Origin: Burkholderiales bacterium
GTDB taxonomy: Bacteria > Pseudomonadota > Gammaproteobacteria > Burkholderiales > Burkholderiaceae_D
Assembly: GCA_044445195.1 (NCBI GenBank)
Contig: JBIODP010000001.1
Location: 1-39,816 of the forward strand
Length of the DNA: 39,816 nt
Direction of reading: 5' to 3'
Part shown: piece by piece, positions 29,803 to 36,535 of the stretch
Layout: each line of letters opens with the position of its first letter
Numbering within the stretch: position 1 is the stretch's first letter
Made by a program: the position numbers and the translations under genes
The notes under the pieces: model-generated
Database searches by the model: none
Told to the model about the DNA's origin: nothing
Seen by the model: only the letters and a program-made list of their open reading frames with translations

Positions 29803-29872
29803 CAACATTCGAGGCCAATCGGATTGCGGAACGATTGGCTATCGAAATCGCGCGCCAAATGATCGAATGTTG
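29803..29872 (+). other. Nested inverted repeats: outer 10-bp CAACATTCGA/TCGAATGTTG enclosing inner 8-bp GCCAATCG/CGATTGGC
   Basis: Read directly in the 106-nt gap between the OmpA-like gene and the DUF1003-like gene. No U-tract follows. Confidence 0.6.
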
Positions 29873-29902
29873 TGGTGACTCCAGCTCGACTACGGAACGG
29901 CA

Positions 29903-30505
29903 ATGAACGCAAAAAACTTCCCTTCGCCGACACCGCCTTTGAATGCCCAGCAAGGATCGCCTGATTCCGATCTTGATCCGATTGGTAAAAACACGGAAAC
30001 CATTTTGGCGTTCAACTTGCGCGAAGAAGGAACGGTAACGCATTTTCAGCGAATTCTTGAATCCATTAGCAGTTCTCTTGGGCGTCCGCTTTTCCTTAGC
30101 TCCATAATGGCATTCGTAGTAACATGGATGCTGGTCAACATCTTGATGGGAAAAATGGGTTTCACGGCCATAGACCTGCCGCCATTTCCCTGGTTGCAAG
30201 GCATGGTTGGGTTGGGCGCATTATTGACGACGATAGTAGTTTTGATTAAACAAAACCGTTTGGCGAAAATGGAGGAACGGCGAGCCCATCTGGAACTTCA
30301 GGTAAATCTGTTGACCGAACAGAAAGTCACTAAACTGATTAACCTGATGGAAGAGTTGCGGCGGGATTTACCGATGATTAAAAATCGACATGATGCCGAA
30401 GTGATCGCCTATCAACTGCCGACCAATCCGGAATCTGTCCTGGCCGCACTGGACGAACGACTCGAAACGGAAGCGCATCGGGGACAGCCAGAAGGCATTG
30501 ACTAG
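29903..30505 (+). CDS. DUF1003-like membrane protein
   Basis: Two TM segments, then the LIKQNRLAKMEERRAHLELQVNLLTEQKVTKL block typical of DUF1003 as I recall it. Confidence 0.6.
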   Translation: MNAKNFPSPTPPLNAQQGSPDSDLDPIGKNTETILAFNLREEGTVTHFQRILESISSSLGRPLFLSSIMAFVVTWMLVNILMGKMGFTAIDLPPFPWLQGMVGLGALLTTIVVLIKQNRLAKMEERRAHLELQVNLLTEQKVTKLINLMEELRRDLPMIKNRHDAEVIAYQLPTNPESVLAALDERLETEAHRGQPEGID

Positions 30506-30524
30506 AGATGTTATTTATAACACT

Positions 30525-30677
30525 TCACCGCAGGAAGTGACCGGCGCCAAACAATCCGACCAAGCCGATCACGATCAAATAAATGGCTACGATCAAATTC
30601 AACAGACGCGGAATGACAAGAATCAGGATGCCGGCGATGAGCGATACGATGGGGACCAGGCTGACGGTAATGTTCAT
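30525..30677 (-). CDS. DUF3096-family small membrane protein (50 aa)
   Basis: My translation: MNITVSLVPIVSLIAGILILVIPRLLNLIVAIYLIVIGLVGLFGAGHFLR. Absent from the ORF track (<60 aa). It is antisense to the spurious + ORF at 30498-30695. Confidence 0.7.
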   Translation of the reverse strand: MNITVSLVPIVSLIAGILILVIPRLLNLIVAIYLIVIGLVGLFGAGHFLR

Positions 30678-30777
30678 GATATGTTGTTCCGATAAACTCC
30701 GGTTCTTACACCGAATTGGTTAGGAACGGGCCGTCCGGAGGGCGGCCTTGTTGCCTACGGGCGATCACAGAGATGAT

Positions 30778-31002
30778 TCAACCTGGTTTTTTTTCAGAAT
30801 CTGCATCGAAGAGCCTCTGCCTGGTGTCTTTCATCTCTTTGACGGTTTGTTTCAGGTCGCCCACGGTTTCCTGCAGGTTCCCTTTGATCTGGAGCTTGAG
30901 TCCCTCGGCCTGCTGATGGCTGTTACCGATCAGTTCGCCAACTTTTTCTTGCACTTTGCCGCCGATGTCTTTTGCTGCGCCTGTTACTTGATCTTTGTTC
31001 AT
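30778..31002 (-). CDS. CsbD-family general stress protein
   Basis: From ATG at 31002 (GAGG SD): MNKDQVTGAAKDIGGKVQEKVGELIGNSHQQAEGLKLQIKGNLQE. The track start at 31140 is too far upstream. Confidence 0.8.
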   Translation of the reverse strand: MNKDQVTGAAKDIGGKVQEKVGELIGNSHQQAEGLKLQIKGNLQETVGDLKQTVKEMKDTRQRLFDADSEKKPG

Positions 31003-31199
31003 GATATGCCTCGTTTGATGTTGAATGGGAAATGTGATTTTGCAAACCAAGCTGCGGTTTGCGTCTTCGACAACACGATCGATTCGTGTGCTTGGTGTAA
31101 AGATAGCGCGAATGCGTTGCCGGCTCCGTGCGGTAGCCAACTTAAAATTTCGATCGCTACGCGGGGCGTCGCTCAGGCAGAGGGGAGTAGGTCGGTTGA

Positions 31200-31267
31200 G
31201 TCGGAAGCGTTATCCGACGCATGAAATATGGATGCGCATAAGTCGGAAGGCGCTACGCTTTTCCGAC
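31200..31267. repeat. Two related tandem hairpins sharing GTCGGA(A)...(T)TCCGAC arms
   Basis: 31200-31218: GTCGGA-7 nt-TCCGAC. 31242-31267: GTCGGAA-12 nt-TTCCGAC. They lie just downstream of the cheY-like stop on the minus strand. Confidence 0.55.
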
Positions 31268-31309
31268 CTGCATACAGAGATTAAGCCGTATCGATACAGC
31301 TATGCCGGC

Positions 31310-31678
31310 TTACGCGCCGACTAATTTTTTAAAGGTCGCCAGGACGGCATCGCCCTTGAATGGCTTGACTATCCAGCCCTTGACGCCGGCAGCCTTGCCG
31401 CGCTCTTTCATGAGCGGTGAGTTGACCGTGGTCAGCATGATGATGTTGACAGTGCTGTTGCCGAGTTCGTTGCGAATTTTTTCGGCCATGGTCAGGCCAT
31501 CCATGATCGGCATGTTGACGTCGCTCAGCACGAGCTTGATATTGCTATCCGCCTGGAGTTTCGCCAGTCCATCGCGCCCATCGATGGCGCATGTTACGGC
31601 AAGACCATTTTTCGTCAGAAAATCGCCCACTTCGTTGCGAACGGTGCTGGAGTCGTCGACCACCAGTATTTGTGCCAT
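31310..31678 (-). CDS. cheY: Single-domain CheY-like response regulator
   Basis: D8-D9, D53 in LSDVNMPIMDG, T83/T84 and K105 in VKPF. All receiver active-site residues are present. Confidence 0.9.
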   Translation of the reverse strand: MAQILVVDDSSTVRNEVGDFLTKNGLAVTCAIDGRDGLAKLQADSNIKLVLSDVNMPIMDGLTMAEKIRNELGNSTVNIIMLTTVNSPLMKERGKAAGVKGWIVKPFKGDAVLATFKKLVGA

Positions 31679-31697
31679 GATAACCTCGTGAAAAAAA

Positions 31698-32672
31698 TTA
31701 AAATAATTCCAATTCGCCGGACTCGAACCAAGCTTCGACCGAAACCTGGTTTACTTTGAAGTCGTCCGGAGACCAATTCAGATTGAAAACAAACCGTTGA
31801 TAAATGGTCAGCGGCAGCACATCCTTGTCGTTTTTTGCGTTCAGCGTATATTTGAAACACAACTGCGGATCTTCGGAACCGAATGAAATATATCGATGCA
31901 AATGATTGACAATAATCGGGACCTGCGACAGTTGCGCAATGTTATCAGAATGCGAGATATAGCGGTTTTTGAAGGTGCCCCAAATAAGATTCGTGATTTC
32001 CCCCAAAATATTGTTCAGGTGCCGAAAATCGTTGTTATTGTCGGACGCAGTGTGTGTTCTTTCGGCACGGACCAGATGCAGCAACGGCTCCTCCTCGACT
32101 TGCAGCATCATGTAACCCCGGCACCAACTGCTTTCGAGTGGGATCATGGTAAAGATCTCCCCGAAAATAAGCCTGTCCCGGACCAGATACGGCGCCTCGA
32201 CATCGATACCCATATCATTGAACTGGCTTTCCAGCGCCGTTATCGTCAGCTCCACGATTCCGCGAATCAGGGCGTTAGGGTAGACCTGGCTAAATATGCT
32301 GGCGTCTATGGCGCTGCGCAAACTGGCGATGTCTGCAATCGTGTAGGAGGCGCTGAATAATTTTCTATCTTTCCCGGAAAGATTATCCGGATAAGGGATT
32401 TCTTCCCGACGCAAAAAAATCGGCAATTCCGGACGAATGCGATGAATCTCGCGCGCTAACGCGATGCCCCCATTGTCGTTGCCGCCATAGCTTTCCGAAA
32501 GCAATATTCCACCCAGATCTATGTTGGATTTCAATACCGGTAATACGTTTTCCTCATGAACCTTAAGGCCCACCAAATTGTGGGTGTCGCAAAATAGCTT
32601 GATCTGGTCATAACATTCGGTATTGCTGTCCAAAACAAGCACCTTGCTGACCAGTGTTGCTCGATCGTTCAT
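31698..32672 (-). CDS. Pseudo-receiver domain fused to a CheX-like phosphatase domain
   Basis: The N-terminal ~125 aa follow a receiver-like beta/alpha pattern (VLVLDS...GGILLSES...PIFLRR) but lack the phospho-acceptor Asp. The C-terminal half carries GEITN-x23-P, resembling the CheC/CheX ExxN-x22-P motif. The protein ends in SGELELF. Confidence 0.7.
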   Translation of the reverse strand: MNDRATLVSKVLVLDSNTECYDQIKLFCDTHNLVGLKVHEENVLPVLKSNIDLGGILLSESYGGNDNGGIALAREIHRIRPELPIFLRREEIPYPDNLSGKDRKLFSASYTIADIASLRSAIDASIFSQVYPNALIRGIVELTITALESQFNDMGIDVEAPYLVRDRLIFGEIFTMIPLESSWCRGYMMLQVEEEPLLHLVRAERTHTASDNNNDFRHLNNILGEITNLIWGTFKNRYISHSDNIAQLSQVPIIVNHLHRYISFGSEDPQLCFKYTLNAKNDKDVLPLTIYQRFVFNLNWSPDDFKVNQVSVEAWFESGELELF

Positions 32673-32688
32673 ACACTATTCCTTCTTT

Positions 32689-33243
32689 CTAAAAAAATTC
32701 CAGTTCCCCGGTAGCTGCTTCCTCATCGTCTGCCTTTACAGAGAAATCCAGGTCGGCATGATCGCAAACGCATAGGCTGACAGGAAACGAAAAGCTATTG
32801 TTGAGATTGACCGTGAAATGCCGAATATGACCGCAGCCCAGCACATTCAGGTAAGACGCGCAATTTTTGTCGATGATGTTGGGCGTCGACATGTCGATGT
32901 GGGAAAAGAACTGGCCTAAATCGCGGTTGAATATGCCACAGCAAATATTTCCGTATTCGCCGACGGCGTCATAAAACGATTGTTCGTTCATATCTTGCAT
33001 CCGCATGCCGTTGAGCCTGGCGTAGTGCTCTTTCGTCGCATCGTCCGGCGTAAAATAAATCAGGATCATCAACCGGAACAGATGCGATGAAATGGTCAAG
33101 ATGGCGATCCTGGTTTCTTTTATGGCGGACATTTCATTGAAGGCAGAAATGTCGCAGGTATCCTCCGCAGATTTTTGCAGGCTTGCTTTGAGGGCCTGTG
33201 CCAGTAAATAGTCGAAGCCGTCGCGCGCGCTTTTGCTGATCAT
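32689..33243 (-). CDS. CheX-like CheY-P phosphatase
   Basis: AVGEYGNICCGIFNRDLGQFFSHIDMSTP aligns with Thermotoga CheX AIGELGNMTAGKLAMKLEHLGKHVDITPP (from memory). Ends in TGELEFF. Confidence 0.7.
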   Translation of the reverse strand: MISKSARDGFDYLLAQALKASLQKSAEDTCDISAFNEMSAIKETRIAILTISSHLFRLMILIYFTPDDATKEHYARLNGMRMQDMNEQSFYDAVGEYGNICCGIFNRDLGQFFSHIDMSTPNIIDKNCASYLNVLGCGHIRHFTVNLNNSFSFPVSLCVCDHADLDFSVKADDEEAATGELEFF

Positions 33244-33255
33244 GGTTGTCGCCGG

Positions 33256-33975
33256 TTATGCAGCAAGCGCATCTTTGGTTTTTTGATTGGTCAACCCCAG
33301 TCCGACGATGGCGCTGGTGATCATCTTGCCCCCGGCCTGCAGGTCCTGGAAGGTGGTTGTCGAGATCAGGTCGTTTTGAAAGAGATTGCTGCGATAATCG
33401 TTCGACAATTTTTCTGCGCGATTGGCCAAGGTTCTCACCTCGTTCGCCACTACCGCGAAACCGTGCCCATGCACGCCGGCCCTGGCGGCTTCGATCGAGG
33501 CGTTGAGGGCCACAATCACCACTTGCTTGACGATCAATGCAAACTCATCGTTTTTAGCCTGTATTTCCCGATTGTGCGTGATCAACATATTCATGTTGGC
33601 ATGCCAGCGCTCAAAAGTCTTGGTCAAGTCAAGCAACCGATCGATTGTTTCCGTCGAAAAATCACAATGCCGGATGATCGCTGTTTTAATAGCCGTATTG
33701 CTTTCCGTGACTTGGCCGATCAAATTCTCGTGATCTTTCTTCAGCCGATGGCTGCGGGCATCGGACGCGGTTTTTTCCTGCTCAAGCAATTGTTGGCATT
33801 GCTCTATTTGAGTTTGCATTTCCTGCAATGTCAGTTGCCAATTCCGTTCGGCTGTCTGTGCCTTTTCAAGTGGGATCATGGCGGAGATGGTTTGCTTGAG
33901 TGTGCGGATTTTCCACCACATGACGCCGCAGCAGCCGAAGAGCGTCAGCAATAAAATCGAGATTGCAATGACCAT
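33256..33975 (-). CDS. Mini methyl-accepting-chemotaxis-like protein: one N-terminal TM helix plus a truncated MCP signalling domain
   Basis: ALNASIEAARAGVHGHGFAVVANEVRTLANRAEK matches the invariant MCP hairpin tip (LALNAAIEAARAGEqGRGFAVVAdEVRkLA). Only 239 aa. Confidence 0.8.
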   Translation of the reverse strand: MVIAISILLLTLFGCCGVMWWKIRTLKQTISAMIPLEKAQTAERNWQLTLQEMQTQIEQCQQLLEQEKTASDARSHRLKKDHENLIGQVTESNTAIKTAIIRHCDFSTETIDRLLDLTKTFERWHANMNMLITHNREIQAKNDEFALIVKQVVIVALNASIEAARAGVHGHGFAVVANEVRTLANRAEKLSNDYRSNLFQNDLISTTTFQDLQAGGKMITSAIVGLGLTNQKTKDALAA

Positions 33976-34007
33976 GTGCAGGCTACTTTATAAGATGATT
34001 GTAATTT

Positions 34008-36464
34008 TTACGCTGTGTGAAAATTGGCATCGCCAAGGCCTGAGCCTTCTCCGGGGTTGCGGTCGGCTCCGGGCCCGGTATGTTGCCCGGAGGTGGCAGC
34101 AGCGGCGGCAGGCACATCGCCGCCGTCAATGTATGCGGCCATGCTTTCAGGTAGAAAAACAAGGATTTCAAATTGTCGGAACTCGGCGCCGATCGCCTCA
34201 TCGGTGAAGCGGATTTCCACTTTTCCCTGTTCGCGAGCAACGAAATCCTGCACAGCATCCATGCCGACGCCGCGCCCGGATACGGCAGTAACTTTATCGG
34301 CGGTTGAAAAACCGGGTCGGAACACGAGGCGGGCGATATCTTCATCGCTCATTTTGTCTGCGGTGGCGTCAAGCCCTTTTTCGATGGCTTTCTTGCGAAT
34401 GCGGCGCAGAGCCAGGCCGGCGCCGTCATCGCGCAGGGCGATTTGAAAAAAACCGTCAGCGGTACCCGCCCGGATGTGGATCGTGCCGACCGCCGGCTTG
34501 CCTGTTGCGATTCGTCTTTGCGCAGTCTCAATGCCGTGGACCACGGCATTGCGGATCAGGTGCATAAATACGTTCTTCAGCATGCCGCTGGCCTGATTAT
34601 GCACCACGTAGCCGCGGTCTTCGATGGTGACGAGCGGCGTAGCCTTGCCAAGTTCCTCGGCAAGTGCCGGCAGTGAAGCGAGCACACTGCCCAGAGTGTC
34701 GGCGATGCGTTCGGTTCCCAGCAGGCGCAGCGTCCTGCGCACAGCATCGCGCGCGGAAATCAATTCGTGCAGATTGGCGGTATTGACTGTCTCCAGACGA
34801 TGCAGGCTATCCTGTATATGCTGCTTGTCAACCAGCAGATAACGTTCCACACTGCCGCGGCGACCGGGCCCTCTGCGGCCCAATGTGACTTCATTGATCC
34901 TGACGTAACGCTCGAGTAATGCCTCGACCCCTGCCAACTCGTCCATCAATGCAGCCTGATCCCAGACAACGGTGGTGTCCGGCATGCGCAATTGCTCGTA
35001 ACTTTGTTCAGCCTGATGGACGATATTGGACAGATGCAGCAGCCCGTACGTGCGGCTATTGCCTTTGATCGTATGCATATTGCGGAACAGTTTCGCGATG
35101 GCGAATTCATGCCGCTCGGCGTGCTGTCCGATCAGCAGCGCATTTTCCTCGATGAACCTGACGGAGCCGGCGATGAATTCGTGGAACTTTTCCTGGTCGA
35201 CCGCCAGTATTTCACCGATAATCTCCAACTCGCGTTTCTGGTCGTTGGCCTCAGCTGCCAGCTTGCGTAATTCTGTGACGTCGCGCACGCATAACATCAA
35301 ACGCACGATCTTGCCGGCATCGTCGGTAATAGGCGACCAGTTCAAATCCAAAATTTTCATGCTACGGTCCGGCATGGTCTTTTCTATCTCACCGACCATC
35401 AAGTGCTCATTGAACTGAAAATTCATGAAGTCTTCGCCAATGCAAGCGCTGGCTGCGGCATCCACTTGCGACAGGGTGTCGGCGCCCAGATTCGTCTTGG
35501 AAAATACCAAGTCCACCAGGTCGCGCCCGGCAATATCCCCAGTCTCGAAAACCGTTTCGAGATAAGCGGAGTATTCCGGGTGAATTCTGTTGCCTTCCGC
35601 TACCGTCAAGATACCTTGAGGAATGTTTTGCAGCATGGTCTGCATGTCGGTAGTCTTTTGTTTGAGTTGAGCCGAACTCTCTTCAATTTTTTCAATCATG
35701 CCGTTGAAGGCAACAATTGAGCGTCCGATTTCATCGTTCCGGCCGACGGGAACCCGGCGGGTGAAATCCTGGCTGGAAGCGATTTCAGTCATCATCATTT
35801 GCATTCTGCTGATGGGGCCGATGATTGCGCGATAGAGAAGCATCCCGATCGCGGTCAGGAAAATGACAGCGATGACGGTGACGACCGAGATCGTCGTCGC
35901 AGTGGTCGCCATATTCCGGTTCAATGCTTCTATGGCGTTATCCTTGCTTCGGTTTTTTTCCACTCTCAGCGTCGTTACGATGACTTCAAGTTCCGCCTGG
36001 TATTGAACCACATTCCCAAAAAATGAAGCCTGAGCAAGCTCAGCCTTGCCTGCCAGTTTGTTTTTTACGGTTTCGTCGATTGCGGTCAAATAATTGGCGA
36101 GACTTTCCTTCGCCTGCTGTACCAAACCGCGTTGCGCATCGCTGTCAGCGCCCTGGGATTGCAGATCGATGGTTTTTCGTAAAAGGGTTTTCTTTGCGCT
36201 CAGGTTTTCCATCGCTTCGGTCGCCATGTTACCGGCAGGCGCGTATACCACGGTCATTACCGCCAGTTGCACATCCTTGAGTTGCGATACAAGGTCAGCC
36301 GAGGCGAGCGCGCTGGGCACCACGCCTTCCGTTACGGTTTTTACATCGGACGCGCTTCTGCGGGACTGGAAAACGGCGTAACCGCCAATAGAGGAGAGAA
36401 TGAGGAAGGTCAGGATGACCAAGAGTGTGATGCGATGACGAATGCTCATGTCCCGACCTTCCAT
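34008..36464 (-). CDS. Transmembrane CheA-like histidine kinase: periplasmic helical sensor, HAMP, PAS-like, Hpt (P1) and CheA-type ATPase (P4), with no CheW-like P5 domain
   Basis: - TM segments at aa ~12-32 and ~188-212.
- HAMP: GPISRM...GRNDEIGRSIVAFNGM.
- Hpt: FRNMHTIKGNSRTYG, with the His464 codon at 35073-35075.
- CheA-type boxes: HLIRNAVVHGIE, DDGAGL, FRPGFSTA, SGRGVGMD.
- Only ~45 low-complexity aa follow the ATPase.
- The start may be ATG at 36449, which has a GGAAGG SD sequence. Confidence 0.85.
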   Translation of the reverse strand: MEGRDMSIRHRITLLVILTFLILSSIGGYAVFQSRRSASDVKTVTEGVVPSALASADLVSQLKDVQLAVMTVVYAPAGNMATEAMENLSAKKTLLRKTIDLQSQGADSDAQRGLVQQAKESLANYLTAIDETVKNKLAGKAELAQASFFGNVVQYQAELEVIVTTLRVEKNRSKDNAIEALNRNMATTATTISVVTVIAVIFLTAIGMLLYRAIIGPISRMQMMMTEIASSQDFTRRVPVGRNDEIGRSIVAFNGMIEKIEESSAQLKQKTTDMQTMLQNIPQGILTVAEGNRIHPEYSAYLETVFETGDIAGRDLVDLVFSKTNLGADTLSQVDAAASACIGEDFMNFQFNEHLMVGEIEKTMPDRSMKILDLNWSPITDDAGKIVRLMLCVRDVTELRKLAAEANDQKRELEIIGEILAVDQEKFHEFIAGSVRFIEENALLIGQHAERHEFAIAKLFRNMHTIKGNSRTYGLLHLSNIVHQAEQSYEQLRMPDTTVVWDQAALMDELAGVEALLERYVRINEVTLGRRGPGRRGSVERYLLVDKQHIQDSLHRLETVNTANLHELISARDAVRRTLRLLGTERIADTLGSVLASLPALAEELGKATPLVTIEDRGYVVHNQASGMLKNVFMHLIRNAVVHGIETAQRRIATGKPAVGTIHIRAGTADGFFQIALRDDGAGLALRRIRKKAIEKGLDATADKMSDEDIARLVFRPGFSTADKVTAVSGRGVGMDAVQDFVAREQGKVEIRFTDEAIGAEFRQFEILVFLPESMAAYIDGGDVPAAAAATSGQHTGPGADRNPGEGSGLGDANFHTA

Positions 36465-36465
36465 C

Positions 36466-36490
36466 GATTATGTTGCTTTGAAGCATAATC
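36466..36490. promoter_or_regulatory. 7-11-7 palindrome (GATTATG-N11-CATAATC) abutting the kinase start codon
   Basis: Read directly. Lies in the 71-nt kdpE-kinase gap. Confidence 0.4.
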
Positions 36491-36535
36491 TTTTGGAATG
36501 ACAAGATGATGACAATGCGACGAAGTCGCGTCAAG

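Noticed and set aside
22560-31300. A tRNA-associated genomic island with integrase and att direct repeats.
   Set aside because: I saw no integrase, transposase or phage gene in the translations. By eye I found no duplicated tRNA 3'-end segment downstream. The region may still be horizontally acquired, but I cannot support a mobile-element call. A computational repeat search with the last 20-45 nt of each tRNA would settle it.
30498-31324. + strand ORFs at 30498-30695, 30716-30916, 30748-31224 and 31025-31324.
   Set aside because: They are antisense to the DUF3096 and CsbD genes, or lie in the csbD promoter gap. Their products are basic or low-complexity, and none has an SD sequence.
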